Below are positions 1-11,429 of a stretch of 64,000 nucleotides of DNA, in pieces. Location: assembly GCA_965215015.1 (NCBI GenBank), contig OZ244042.1, positions 4,800,001-4,864,000 of the forward strand. Reading direction: 5' to 3'. Both the position numbers and the translations under genes were made by a program. Origin of the DNA: Candidatus Poribacteria bacterium. GTDB lineage: Bacteria; Poribacteria; WGA-4E; PCPOR2b. How positions within the stretch are numbered: the first letter of the stretch is position 1; each line of letters begins with the position of its first letter. The notes under the pieces were generated by a model. That model made no database searches, was not told where the DNA came from, and saw nothing but the letters and a program-made list of their open reading frames with translations.

Positions 1-1068
1 TGTCAGTAGAGCTTATCCCCTACTGACTGACTCCCATGCTTGAGACAATGGCATTTGCAGTTTAACTGGAGTTGCTAACCTGGTGGGGCCGCTAGTCCAA
101 TCAGAGCTCTACCACCACTGCCAAACACATGAGGCTAGCCCTAAAGCTATTTCGGGGAGAACCAGCTATCACTGGGTTTGATTAGCCTTTCACTCCGATC
201 CACAGGTCATCCCCCAAGTTTTCAGCCTTGGTGGGTTCAGGCCTCCACATACTTTTACGTATGCTTCACCTTGCCCATGGATAGATCACCCAGTTTCGGG
301 TCTACTCCATGCAACTGTTTCGCCCTATTCAGACTCGCTTTCGCTACGGCTACGCTTCATAAAAGCTTAACCTTGCTACACAGAGTAAGTCACCGGCTCA
401 TTATGCAAAAGGCACGCAGTCATGCATGTCTCGACGAATCGAGACTTAGCACTTCCACAGCTTGTAGGCTGGACGGTTTCAGGGACTATTTCACTTCCCT
501 AGCGGGGGAACTTTTCACCTTTCCTTCACAGTACTTCTTCACTATCGGTTGCCAAGTCATATTTAGCCTTAGGAGGTGGTCCTCCTGGATTCCTACAGGT
601 TTAGGCTATCCCATAGTACTTGGGAATAACGTTTAGGAAGCCAAGTCCTTTTCGCTCACGGGACTGTTACCCGCTTTGGTTGTCCTATTCCAGAAACATT
701 AAGCTAAGCACTTGGTTAGTAACTTCCCGGCCTGACCATATTCAAACCTACACATTACCCCACAACCCCAGGTATACAACGTATATGGACTTTAACATAT
801 ACCCAGTTTAGGCTCTTCCCTTTTCGCTCGCCACTACTGGGGGAATCGAGTTTTCTTTCTTTTCCTCAGGTTACTGAGATGTTTCACTTCTCCTGGTTAG
901 CCTCCCGGTAAACACCGGGATGACAGGTAAAACCTGCCCGGTTGCCCGATTCGGGAATCTCCGGATCAATGTTTACTAAACAACTACCCGAAGCTTATCG
1001 CAGTTTGTCGCGCCCTTCATCGCTACCTGGCACCAAGGCATCCACCGTCAGCCCTTAGTAGCTTGATA
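1..1068 (-). rRNA. rrl: 23S rRNA, 5' part (runs off the window start)
   Basis: Reverse complement near 1068 reads ATCAAGCTACTAAGGGCTGACGGTGGATGCCTTGG, a typical 23S 5' end; conserved 23S segments continue to position 1. End coordinate approximate. Confidence 0.97.
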
Positions 1069-1100
1069 AATTCTTTAGAAGCCGAATTCAAATCTATACA

Positions 1101-1113
1101 ATTGTCAAAGATC
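1101..1113 (-). promoter_or_regulatory. boxA antitermination motif in the 16S-23S spacer
   Basis: Minus strand GATCTTTGACAAT just upstream of the 23S gene, resembling the boxA consensus. Confidence 0.65.
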
Positions 1114-1131
1114 AGAAGCTGTTACGCTTAG

Positions 1132-1205
1132 TGGAGATGAGCGGAGTCGAACCGCTGGCCTTCTGCGTGCAAAGCAGATGCTCTCCCAAACTGAGCTACA
1201 CCCCC
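1132..1205 (-). tRNA. tRNA-Ala(TGC), CCA not encoded
   Basis: GGGGGTGTAGCTCAGTTTGGGAGAGCATCTGCTTTGCACGCAGAAGGCCAGCGGTTCGACTCCGCTCATCTCCA; cloverleaf with TGC anticodon; followed by CTA. Confidence 0.97.
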
Positions 1206-1214
1206 ACAATGAAA

Positions 1215-1291
1215 TGGTGGGCTTATCTGGAATCGAACCAGAGACCTCGCGCTTATCAGGCGCGCGCTCTAACCGCCTGAGCTATAAGCCC
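1215..1291 (-). tRNA. tRNA-Ile(GAT)
   Basis: GGGCTTATAGCTCAGGCGGTTAGAGCGCGCGCCTGATAAGCGCGAGGTCTCTGGTTCGATTCCAGATAAGCCCACCA; GAT anticodon, encoded CCA. Confidence 0.97.
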
Positions 1292-1412
1292 CTAGAACAT
1301 GTGAAAAGTTTATTTCGGTCATATTCTGTTAAACTGAAAAAACACCCTAGAAAGCCAAATAGTTGTCTGATATACGCAATTCAACGAGCTCGGGCATTGG
1401 AGATGCCCTTGA

Positions 1413-2975
<1,563 letters not shown>

Positions 2976-3103
2976 TAAGTCTTAAAGAGAAACTAGCCTA
3001 ATAAAATTAGGGTAGGAATCTCTAAGTCGACAGGAGGGCTTTATACAAATACAAGCCCTAAAATACTATACAAAACAGTAGCGCATATCAGAAACTATTT
3101 AGC

Positions 3104-3115
3104 TTTCAAAGAGCA
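3104..3115 (-). promoter_or_regulatory. rrn leader boxA
   Basis: Minus strand TGCTCTTTGAAA between the promoter and the 16S gene. Confidence 0.7.
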
Positions 3116-3147
3116 TCTTTTAACCCTCCTCAGTGGAGGTGATCGGA

Positions 3148-3176
3148 ATTATAACATACCCGATCCGTCGTGTCAA
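3148..3176 (-). promoter_or_regulatory. sigma70 promoter of the rRNA operon
   Basis: Minus strand TTGACA-17 nt-TATAAT, perfect consensus with extended -10 TG. Confidence 0.9.
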
Positions 3177-3208
3177 GGAAAAACACAAGATTTTTCCCTT
3201 AATTAATA

Positions 3209-3493
3209 TTAATCTTTTTTACGGTTGGATAAACCACCACTCACCGCTGGCACGAAATGGATGTTCGCCGCCTCGGCGACAGGTTGATGCATCCCTTCAC
3301 GAGTCATAACGCCATCAATGTATACTGAAATACTGGGCCGAATCCGATCCCCATCGCAGAGGCGATCTTTGAAACCGGGGTAGGCTGCTTCGAGATTATT
3401 GACAACCTCTCGCAGTGTTTTCCCTTCCACAACCACTTGGTCTACACCGTCGGTTAGTTTCTGCATGAGTGAGGGAATTGCAATCGTTGGCAT
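3209..3493 (-). CDS. MoaD/ThiS-family ubiquitin-like sulfur carrier
   Basis: Beta-grasp pattern (GKTLREVV..LEAAYPG...ISVYIDG) and FVPAVSGG motif, followed by an extra LSNRKKD; ATG at 3493 after a GGAAGG RBS. Confidence 0.85.
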   Translation of the reverse strand: MPTIAIPSLMQKLTDGVDQVVVEGKTLREVVNNLEAAYPGFKDRLCDGDRIRPSISVYIDGVMTREGMHQPVAEAANIHFVPAVSGGLSNRKKD

Positions 3494-3633
3494 GGTATAA
3501 AACACCTTCCGTGAATTAAAGCAAATCGGGGATACAAGGCAAAAGAAAACCCTATATCCCCGATTGTAGTTTTAGACCCGCCCAATTTGCTCAACCGAGC
3601 GGATCCAAAAATCTAAAATTTGCGACCACGTCC

Positions 3634-5889
3634 TTAAATCTTACCCATTGCCTTGAGGACACGCCCCGGCGACATCGGCAATTCTTTCATCCGAACGCCG
3701 ACAGCGCGATAGACCGCATTTGCAATGGCAGCAGGGGGCGCAATGATTGGCGTTTCGCCGACGCCCCTAACACCATAGGGATGTCCAGGGTTAGGAACTT
3801 CAACAATCACAGCATCAATCATCGGCAGGTCAAGACAGGTCGGTATACGGTAATCGAGGAAACTGGCGTTGGTCATCTCGCCCTTTTCATTGTAGATGTA
3901 TTCCTCGTTTAACGCCCAACCGATGCCTTGGACAGCTCCCCCCTGTATCTGTCCCTCGACATAGCTGGGGTGAATAGCTTTGCCCGCATCTTGGGTCGCC
4001 GTATAACGCAAGATTTGAATCTTGCCTGTATCCGGATCCACCTCGACATCAACAACGTGTAAGCCGATTGAAGGGCCCGGTTGGTTTGGATCCGCAGTGC
4101 CCCGTCCAACGACGGGACCGCCGGTCTCATCCAATCTCGCTGCTAAACCTTTGAAGTCAATCTCCTGCTCTTTGCCATTGACGGTGCTAAATACGCCCTC
4201 GGCAAATTGTACTTCTCCTGCATCGATTTCCCACAGCTTCGCAACGCGTTCAATCATCTGTTGCTTGACATCCTGCGCGGCTTCGTAAGCAGCGTATCCA
4301 GTTGCAAACGCGGTACGGCTTCCACCTGTTACATCGGTGTAACCAACCGAGTCGGTATCAGCCACGGTAGGCGTCACTGACTCTGCAGGAATGCCCAGAA
4401 CTTCCGCTGCTTGCATCGCAATCGCTGCGCGTGTGCCACCGATATCGGTTGACCCTTCGACAAGACTAATCGTCCCATCGGAAGTTACGTTAATCGCAAC
4501 ACTCGACTTCATACCGAAGTTGGGCCAATAGCCGGAAGCAACACCACGTCCTCTATTTTCACCTTCAAGCGGTGCCGAATAGTGTGGATGATCCTTTGCA
4601 GCTTCAACCGTTTCGACGAAACCGACACGCGGAGTCGGGGGGCCATCAACGCGGATATCCCCCTCTTTCGCGCTATTGAGGACACGGAATTCGAGTGGAT
4701 CCATCCCAATCTTCTCACAAATTTCGTCAATGACAGTTTCCGCCGCGAATGCGGCATTTGTCGCCCCAGGCGCACGATATGCAGCAGTCTTCGGCTTGTT
4801 AACGACCACATCATATCCATCAACCTGTGCATTTTCAACCTTGTAAGGCGAGAAAACGCAGAACGCCGCAGCCCCAACAGGTGAACCGGGGTATGCCCCA
4901 GCTTCAAACGCGAGATAGGCTTCCGCAGCGGTGATGCGTCCATCCTTCGTTGCCCCCATCTTCACACGCACATAGGAACCCGGTGTCGGCCCCGTGCCTT
5001 CAAACACCTCCGCCCGGCTCATCAGGACCTTGACAGGTTTGCCCGCTTTCATGGACAGCATAGCGGCAATCGGCTTGATGTAAACCTGAATCTTTCCACC
5101 AAACCCCCCACCAATCTCCAGCGGCACAACCTTAATCTTTGAGACGGGTATATCGAGAATCTCAGATACCTGCCCTCGGACAGCGAATGCACCCTGCGTA
5201 CTGCACCAAATCGTTAGTTGACCATCGGGGTTATACAATGCGGTCGCATTGTGAGGCTCGATATAGCCCTGATGCACAGTCTCTGTCGTATAGTCATGCT
5301 CAACGACAACATCGGCTTCGTCAAAACCTTTATCGAGATCTCCCTGTTTGTGCTGGAAGTGACTCGCAATGTTGCTCGGCTTATCGGACTTTTCCCCCAT
5401 CTCATCGGTTCTCATCTCCTCATGCAGAAGGGGTGCATCTTCCTTCATCGCATCGAGTACTTTGATCACCGGCGGCAGCACCTCATACTCAACATCAATG
5501 AGTTCAAGTGCCTCTTCAGCGGTATGGGGATCAATCGCCGCAACCGCTGCGACCTGATGCCCTTTGTAGAGCACCTTCGCGCCAGCCAGAACATTATCTT
5601 GGAGATCTTTTACGTTGGCCGCTCCCTCTCCAAGATCGGCAATCTTATCTTCGACAGCCGGAAAATCTTTCGCTGTTACAACCGCCCTCACGCCGGGATG
5701 CGCTTCCGCTCGACTGGTATCAATCGACTTAATTCGTGCGTGCGCGTGTGGGCTCCGCAGGACTCTGCCGTGTAACAGTCCGACAGTTTGGAAATCTGCG
5801 CCGTAAAGGGCGCGACCAGTAACCTTATCAAGGCCATCGTGACGAATGGGACGAGTCCCGACGACTTTGTATTCTTTCTTTTCTGCCAT
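3634..5889 (-). CDS. xanthine dehydrogenase family molybdopterin-binding (large) subunit
   Basis: RxDGxDKVTGRA, LRSPHAHARI, GGGFGGK, AYRAPG, VEGQIQGG, GVRGVGE motifs; 751 aa. Confidence 0.95.
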   Translation of the reverse strand: MAEKKEYKVVGTRPIRHDGLDKVTGRALYGADFQTVGLLHGRVLRSPHAHARIKSIDTSRAEAHPGVRAVVTAKDFPAVEDKIADLGEGAANVKDLQDNVLAGAKVLYKGHQVAAVAAIDPHTAEEALELIDVEYEVLPPVIKVLDAMKEDAPLLHEEMRTDEMGEKSDKPSNIASHFQHKQGDLDKGFDEADVVVEHDYTTETVHQGYIEPHNATALYNPDGQLTIWCSTQGAFAVRGQVSEILDIPVSKIKVVPLEIGGGFGGKIQVYIKPIAAMLSMKAGKPVKVLMSRAEVFEGTGPTPGSYVRVKMGATKDGRITAAEAYLAFEAGAYPGSPVGAAAFCVFSPYKVENAQVDGYDVVVNKPKTAAYRAPGATNAAFAAETVIDEICEKIGMDPLEFRVLNSAKEGDIRVDGPPTPRVGFVETVEAAKDHPHYSAPLEGENRGRGVASGYWPNFGMKSSVAINVTSDGTISLVEGSTDIGGTRAAIAMQAAEVLGIPAESVTPTVADTDSVGYTDVTGGSRTAFATGYAAYEAAQDVKQQMIERVAKLWEIDAGEVQFAEGVFSTVNGKEQEIDFKGLAARLDETGGPVVGRGTADPNQPGPSIGLHVVDVEVDPDTGKIQILRYTATQDAGKAIHPSYVEGQIQGGAVQGIGWALNEEYIYNEKGEMTNASFLDYRIPTCLDLPMIDAVIVEVPNPGHPYGVRGVGETPIIAPPAAIANAVYRAVGVRMKELPMSPGRVLKAMGKI

Positions 5890-6377
5890 TATGCACTTAC
5901 CTCCGAAGACGTAGTTTGCGCTGCATCTTGGACAGCACGTACAATTTTATCGTATCCAGTACAACGACACAGATTGCCCGCTAACCAATAGCGGATCTCG
6001 TGCTCTGTTGGGTTCGGGTTCTGATCCAATAACGCCTTTGCCGCCATGATAAAGCCGGGCGTGCAAATGCCACACTGGAGGGCAGCATTTTCTAAAAACG
6101 CATCTTGAATGGGATGAAGCTGATCCGGCTCGGCGAGCCCCTCAATCGTTTCAAGCGATTTCCCTTCAAGTTCAGCACCAAGCACCAAACACGAATTGAC
6201 CAAACTCCCATCAAGAATCACGCTGCAGGCACCGCAGTTTCCATTATTACAACCTTCTTTGGCACCCGTCAAATGAAGTACATCTCGCAAGACCTCAAGC
6301 AAGCTCTGGCGAGGTTCGCATAAATATTCAACGGCTTCACCGTTAATTGTTGTTTGAACGTGGACTTTTCTAGGCAT
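5889..6377 (-). CDS. (2Fe-2S)-binding small subunit (CoxS/CutS/XdhC-like)
   Basis: GCxxGxCGACSV, QCGICTPG and NLCRCTGY cysteine motifs. Confidence 0.95.
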   Translation of the reverse strand: MPRKVHVQTTINGEAVEYLCEPRQSLLEVLRDVLHLTGAKEGCNNGNCGACSVILDGSLVNSCLVLGAELEGKSLETIEGLAEPDQLHPIQDAFLENAALQCGICTPGFIMAAKALLDQNPNPTEHEIRYWLAGNLCRCTGYDKIVRAVQDAAQTTSSEVSA

Positions 6378-6383
6378 CTATTT

Positions 6384-7262
6384 TTATGCCTCCTTCACTC
6401 GTTGAATTGCACCGTTTAAGGCACGACGTGTTAACACACCGACGAGGTGTGTTCTTTGTTCAGCCGTTCCACGCATATCGCTGATTGGACGTGCAATCGC
6501 CTGCGCTGCTTCAGCAGCAGCGTTGATCGCTTCATCAGAAATTTCCTTGCCAGCGAGGGACGCGCCCGCTTCCTCAGCCAGCAGCGGTGTCGGTGCAACG
6601 GCAGCAAGTCCGATTCGCGCGGAGACAATAGATGTCTGTGTATCGTCGAGAATCACCGACGCACCGGCACCCACAACAGCAATATCCATTTCATTGCGTG
6701 GGATAAAACGGAGGTAAAACGAACTCGAATTTTTTGGGGGCGAGGGAAGCTTAAATGATACAAGCAGCTCTCCCCTTTCCAAGACAGTACGTCCCGGTGC
6801 TGTGCAGAACTGCTCTACAGGCACTTCGCGTATTGATCCATTGGTACCTGCAATTACACAAATAGCTCCCAACACTATCAACGGTGGTATCATATCCGCT
6901 GCGGGCGAGGCATTGCACAGATTGCCACCAACACTTGCCCTGCCTTGAATCGCGGTTCCACCAATAATCTTAGCAGCATCAATCAGGCCAGGATATGCGG
7001 CAGAGATTGCATCGTCCGCGTAAATTTTATGACAGGGAACAGCCGCACCGAGGTCTAAACCGGTGTCAGGGGAGTATGAAAGCACGTTAGTTTCGGAGAG
7101 GTCTTTGATGTCCACCATCCGTTCTAACTGCTGCCGGTTCTCCCGAACCGTAACGATGAGATCTGTTCCGCCGGCCAAGGGTTTTGCTTGATCACCTTTT
7201 TCGGCGAGCAAGGAGGTAGCTTCAGCTACGGTTTTTGCGGGAACATATTCAAATGCTCGCAA
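6384..7262 (-). CDS. FAD-binding medium subunit (CoxM/CutM-like)
   Basis: LAGGTDL, RASVGGNLCNASPAAD motifs; TTG start after AGGAG. Confidence 0.95.
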   Translation of the reverse strand: MRAFEYVPAKTVAEATSLLAEKGDQAKPLAGGTDLIVTVRENRQQLERMVDIKDLSETNVLSYSPDTGLDLGAAVPCHKIYADDAISAAYPGLIDAAKIIGGTAIQGRASVGGNLCNASPAADMIPPLIVLGAICVIAGTNGSIREVPVEQFCTAPGRTVLERGELLVSFKLPSPPKNSSSFYLRFIPRNEMDIAVVGAGASVILDDTQTSIVSARIGLAAVAPTPLLAEEAGASLAGKEISDEAINAAAEAAQAIARPISDMRGTAEQRTHLVGVLTRRALNGAIQRVKEA

Positions 7263-7462
7263 AGCATTAATCTCCTTTCAAAGTGAGAAGTTACTACACT
7301 AAATACCCGACACGGGCATCGAAAAATTTGGTAAATAATTATTATATCTCTTATCTTAATCAAAAGTCTCTGAAATGTCAACAGAAAAAATCCATCAATT
7401 TCCGGATAAGAATTTTTCAAAATAGAAACAGGCAACCTGTTATGTTGTATCGTTCCGAGTCG

Positions 7463-7482
7463 GGAACAACGATCGTTGTTCC
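7463..7482. repeat. perfect 20-bp palindrome, REP-like
   Basis: GGAACAACGATCGTTGTTCC is its own reverse complement. Confidence 0.6.
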
Positions 7483-7553
7483 GTACGAACGCATGGATTC
7501 ACGGTTTGGTTCGGGGAAGATCGCAATGTATGTAGCAATGCTGAATCAATGAA

Positions 7554-8120
7554 CTAATGAACCAACATAGCGGTCCCCACAATTGCCGCAATCACGCAAG
7601 CGATTGCAGTTAATGTGCGCCTCTCGGCCTTGAATGCACGAAAGAGGGAAAAACTGTGTGCAGAGGGGTTGGCATAGCCGCGAAGTCGGGGGATAAATCT
7701 GGGAACAGCTACATAGTAGGTCCGATACGTCGTCCCGCAAAATTCTCGTAGGTACGCCTCTTCAGAAGCGATAATCGGCAGGTACTGTGCAAAATATCCG
7801 ACCAGCAGCACAATAATCATCCAGTAAACGTTGGCAATCACGCAGACTCCGAGACTGAGTAGCAGATTCCCCAAATAGAGCGGATTGCGGACATGGGCGT
7901 AGGGACCCGTCGTCACAAGATCGCTGGCGGCTCCCAAGGTCCGGGAGCGGGTCGCTCCACCAGCATAACCGACCGCCCACAAACGTAAGCACTCACCGAG
8001 AATCATGGGAACCGCACCAATCAACGCGGAAGTAAAGGTGGGCTGGGCAAAATAGATTAAGATGAGTATAAACGGGATGGCTGTGAGGCTGCGCAGCCGA
8101 AAAAGCAGACGACCAATCAT
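7554..8120 (-). CDS. isoprenylcysteine carboxyl methyltransferase (ICMT/PEMT) family membrane protein
   Basis: LVTTGPYAHVRNPLYLG and EEAYL...YxxxVPRFIP motifs; hydrophobic segments. Confidence 0.88.
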   Translation of the reverse strand: MIGRLLFRLRSLTAIPFILILIYFAQPTFTSALIGAVPMILGECLRLWAVGYAGGATRSRTLGAASDLVTTGPYAHVRNPLYLGNLLLSLGVCVIANVYWMIIVLLVGYFAQYLPIIASEEAYLREFCGTTYRTYYVAVPRFIPRLRGYANPSAHSFSLFRAFKAERRTLTAIACVIAAIVGTAMLVH

Positions 8121-8189
8121 GGGTGTGCTATGTGAAACGCAATAAATCTGGCTCTCCTGAGCGACGCCTGAACGTCTTATGCCTTGGGC

Positions 8190-9251
8190 TCACTTGGGCA
8201 TCTTCCAAATGAGAACACTTCCAACAATGGCGTAAAGCACATTCGCGCCCCAACAAGCGACAATCGGTGGTAGTTTCCCATTTTCACCGAGACCTTCGAG
8301 GGTTGCCAGTGAAATCCCCCAATACATAAAGACGAGGAAGAAGGCAACGAGCAATCCGGCAAAAAATCCAGCTCTACCAAAGCGAATCGAGATTGGCGCC
8401 CCAATCAGAATGACTACGAACGCCGCAAAGGGGTACGCCATTTTATGTTGGATCTTGACCTCTTCACGCCGTGTCGCTTGTCCCGCAGTGCGTTTATATT
8501 TGATCTGCTGTTGCAACTCTCCAATCGTCATCGCATGGAGATTCTTATTGCCCCCTGCAAACCGCTCCGGCTCCTCCGCTCGCTCGATCTGCTTGGTTAT
8601 AAACGGTTCAAAAGCAATTTCGGACGCGCCATTAAAACGGCGGACATATCCCTGTGACAGATGCCACCGCTTCGGCGACCACGTGGCTGAATTTGCAAAA
8701 ATCTTCTGAGTGAGCTCGTCATCCTGATTCAGCTCATAAATCGTCATCCGATCGATAGTTCCATTTTCCAAATCAAGATTTTGGATGTAGAACAATCGAT
8801 TGTCTTGCCCCTTGAAAACGACATTTCGACTTCGACGCAACCGAACTTTCTTCTCCAACTGATTGGCGCGATGGTAGGCTGGTGAAGCAACCAGATTATA
8901 GAAAACCGCAAAGCCTATGCAAACCAAGAATATGGAGGCAAGAATCGGGATGAGAAGGCGATAAATGCTAACACCGGCAGTCTGCATAGCAGAAAGTTCG
9001 TTGTTTTGGACGGCTCGCCCAAAAACAAAGAATACGGCAAGAAAACTCGCCAACGGAACAACCTCTATAATCCGTCGGGGGGCTCGGAAGAGTACAATCT
9101 GAACGGCTGTGAGATAAGAAACATCCTCATCAAAACGCTTAATATCCTTATCGAGTAACCGAACAATAACTACTAATGCGATAAAAAAGGCAAGTGCTAG
9201 CGCAAATGTTCTAAGGTATTCAATTAAGACATATCGCTCAAGGATTCTCAT
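8190..9251 (-). CDS. lptG: LPS export ABC transporter permease LptG
   Basis: YjgP/Q architecture: ILERY start, NELSAMQTAGVS, periplasmic beta-jellyroll, PxxACWGAN near the C-terminus. Confidence 0.8.
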   Translation of the reverse strand: MRILERYVLIEYLRTFALALAFFIALVVIVRLLDKDIKRFDEDVSYLTAVQIVLFRAPRRIIEVVPLASFLAVFFVFGRAVQNNELSAMQTAGVSIYRLLIPILASIFLVCIGFAVFYNLVASPAYHRANQLEKKVRLRRSRNVVFKGQDNRLFYIQNLDLENGTIDRMTIYELNQDDELTQKIFANSATWSPKRWHLSQGYVRRFNGASEIAFEPFITKQIERAEEPERFAGGNKNLHAMTIGELQQQIKYKRTAGQATRREEVKIQHKMAYPFAAFVVILIGAPISIRFGRAGFFAGLLVAFFLVFMYWGISLATLEGLGENGKLPPIVACWGANVLYAIVGSVLIWKMPK

Positions 9252-9324
9252 ACTAAATCCGACTTAAAATGTTGACTCGTAATTAAAAGAAAGTTCAAAA
9301 TACGAAGATAAGTGCCCCTTCTTA

Positions 9325-9356
9325 CCCCCCTTAATCCCCCCGCAAGCAGGGGGAGA
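9325..9356. repeat. CCCCCGCAAGCAGGGGG-type palindromic repeat
   Basis: CCCCCCTTAATCCCCCCGCAAGCAGGGGGA; related copies near 18345, 25340, 31560, 32785-32930, 53281 and 56390. Confidence 0.75.
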
Positions 9357-9374
9357 GGCAAGACTCTATGGCTC

Positions 9375-9845
9375 CTGTTACACTCATTCTTTACATGAGC
9401 GAATCTGAATCGGGATTCACCAGATTTTAGGATTAACAGGATTGACTCTACCCATTGCCATTCACTATCCCGAAAATCATTCCATCTTGAGAATCCTGAT
9501 TCTGACAATTAACTCCGTGCTACTTGCTGTTTACAGCACGAAGAATGGCTGCTGTTACACTCATTCTTTACATGAGCAAATCTGAATCGGGATTCACCGG
9601 ATTTTAGGATTAACAGGATTGACCTTATCCGCTGCCATTCACTATCCTGAAAATCCTTCCATCTTGAAAATCCTGATTCTGACTTGCTGTTTACAGCACG
9701 AAGAATGGCTGCTGTTGCACTCATTCTTTACATGAGAAAATCTGAATCGGGATTCACCAGATTTCAGGATTAACAGGATTGACTTTACCCGCTGCCATTC
9801 ACCATCCTGAAAATCCTTCCATCTTGAGAATCCTGATTCTGACAA
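9375..9845. repeat. three tandem 160-177 bp units, each an imperfect inverted repeat built from GGATT/AATCC motifs
   Basis: Units start at 9375, 9552 and 9712 (CTGTTACACTCATTCTTTACATGAG...GAGAATCCTGATTCTGAC); near-identical with scattered substitutions. Confidence 0.9.
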
Positions 9846-9923
9846 GTTACGCCTCAGCGTTCAGGGCCTCCAACTCCTCGTTAAGTTCCCCAACATCAAT
9901 CCGATTCCCCAATCTCTTGGGTT

Positions 9924-11099
9924 TTAAGGCGGCGGTTTCTGTTCTTGACTTTGTTGCGCTTCCAGTTTGCCTTCCAAGATAACTCGCATCGCAAACCCCA
10001 AACCCAATAATCCGATAACGAGGTTAGGCAACCAAATTGCGAAGCCGGGTGGAAGAACACCACTTCGTCCCGTATCCTGTCCAACTTGTAGCAGCAGGTA
10101 GTATGCAAGTACGAGCCCAAGTCCGATACCAAAGCCCACCATCTTACCGCTCCGTTTCACAATCAGCCCAAGTGGCACCCCAATTAGACCGAAGACAAAA
10201 CAGGCGAAGGGAATCGAGAACTTCTTATAGTATTCAACCTGTGCATATCGTAACCTATCCATCTGGGGTTTCGATGGATTTTGGAACCAACGGTCTTGAA
10301 GATTGCTGATATGAGTTTTCAGTTTGGCAAGTGGCATGTTTCGGGTACTCTTAGATTCAAACTGTGTCCGTTCCAACGTCTCCGTAAAGTCAAGGGCGAT
10401 CTGATCCTCGGCAAAACCGGTCACTCTAAACCCGTCGGTACTGCCGGATACAGGTTCATAAGTAAATCCATCATAAAGCGTCAACCAGGCCTGCCCCTCC
10501 CTAAATTCGATTGTAGCCTCCTTCGCATTCACAAAGCGTGGCTGTCCCGGCCATATTGAATCCCACACCTTCACATCTTGTAACCGCCCCGTATCCGGGT
10601 CGGTTGATTCGTATAGCCACAGTTTTCCCTCGCGCTCTAACTCTTTCATGACTATCCCCTCTTCAAGAACAAAAGCGGAGTGTCTCCTGCTAATGTCATG
10701 CTTCAACGAAACATAAGCCAAGTTACCGCGGGGGAGCGCGTAATCCATAAAAAAGAAGTCGAAAACGCTGAGTAAGGTAGAGATAGCCAGTAACGGCAAC
10801 AGGATCTGATGGAAGCCAATGCCGTGGGCTTTCATAGCAGTTACTTCATTATCCGTCGAGAACCTCCCAAGTGAAAGCAGAATCCCCACAAGTGTTGCCA
10901 TCGGAATCGTTACAACAAGGGTCGCCGGCAGTACATAAATCAGCAACTGAACCAAATAGTGGGGACTTACCCCCTTGCTCACGAAGAGCTTGGTCAACCT
11001 GAAGATCTCATCAAGCAATAGGATAGAAGTAAAGCAGATAAGTGCTAAAAGGAAAGGAGGGAAAAATTCTTTGAGGGTGTATCTCGTTAATATTTTCAA
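9924..11099 (-). CDS. lptF: LPS export ABC transporter permease LptF
   Basis: KILTRY start, LGRFSTDNEVTAMKAHGI, KKFSIPFAC, WLPN motifs of the YjgP/Q family. Confidence 0.82.
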   Translation of the reverse strand: MKILTRYTLKEFFPPFLLALICFTSILLLDEIFRLTKLFVSKGVSPHYLVQLLIYVLPATLVVTIPMATLVGILLSLGRFSTDNEVTAMKAHGIGFHQILLPLLAISTLLSVFDFFFMDYALPRGNLAYVSLKHDISRRHSAFVLEEGIVMKELEREGKLWLYESTDPDTGRLQDVKVWDSIWPGQPRFVNAKEATIEFREGQAWLTLYDGFTYEPVSGSTDGFRVTGFAEDQIALDFTETLERTQFESKSTRNMPLAKLKTHISNLQDRWFQNPSKPQMDRLRYAQVEYYKKFSIPFACFVFGLIGVPLGLIVKRSGKMVGFGIGLGLVLAYYLLLQVGQDTGRSGVLPPGFAIWLPNLVIGLLGLGFAMRVILEGKLEAQQSQEQKPPP

Positions 11100-11282
11100 G
11101 CCCGTTTAACTCCGGTCATAGATTTAGTCTGTTTATTCAAGCAGAGAAAATTCATCCTTAATTTTACCCTATGTTACAGGATCTTAGCAAGATATTAGTT
11201 GTTGTTTGGTAAGATGAATCTTCAAATCGACAAAAAAAGTGACAAACTCCGCCTCAAATCAGACGCACTTTGTAAATTTTTA

Positions 11283-11311
11283 TTGACAAGCTTGTTGAAA
11301 TGCCTTATAGT
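11283..11311 (+). promoter_or_regulatory. putative sigma70 promoter
   Basis: TTGACA-17 nt-TATAGT upstream of the 11430 ORF. Confidence 0.65.
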
Positions 11312-11429
11312 ATCGTACAATATATCCTATAGAAGAGGCAATTTTCATACAATATCTTGTACAGGTCAAAATTGAAAAATATACTACTATTATATCTATT
11401 ATACCATCCTTCCCATTCGAGGCATTTTA

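Noticed and set aside
1129-1134. tRNA-Ala lacking an encoded CCA
   Set aside because: Common in bacteria; the CCA-adding enzyme completes it.
3634-5889. Aerobic CO dehydrogenase CoxL
   Set aside because: The active-site loop is AYRAPG, not AYRCSFR.
9375-9845. Possible CRISPR array or small repeated proteins (ORFs 9248-9845)
   Set aside because: Units are 160-177 bp and near-identical throughout; the ORFs are translations of the repeat.
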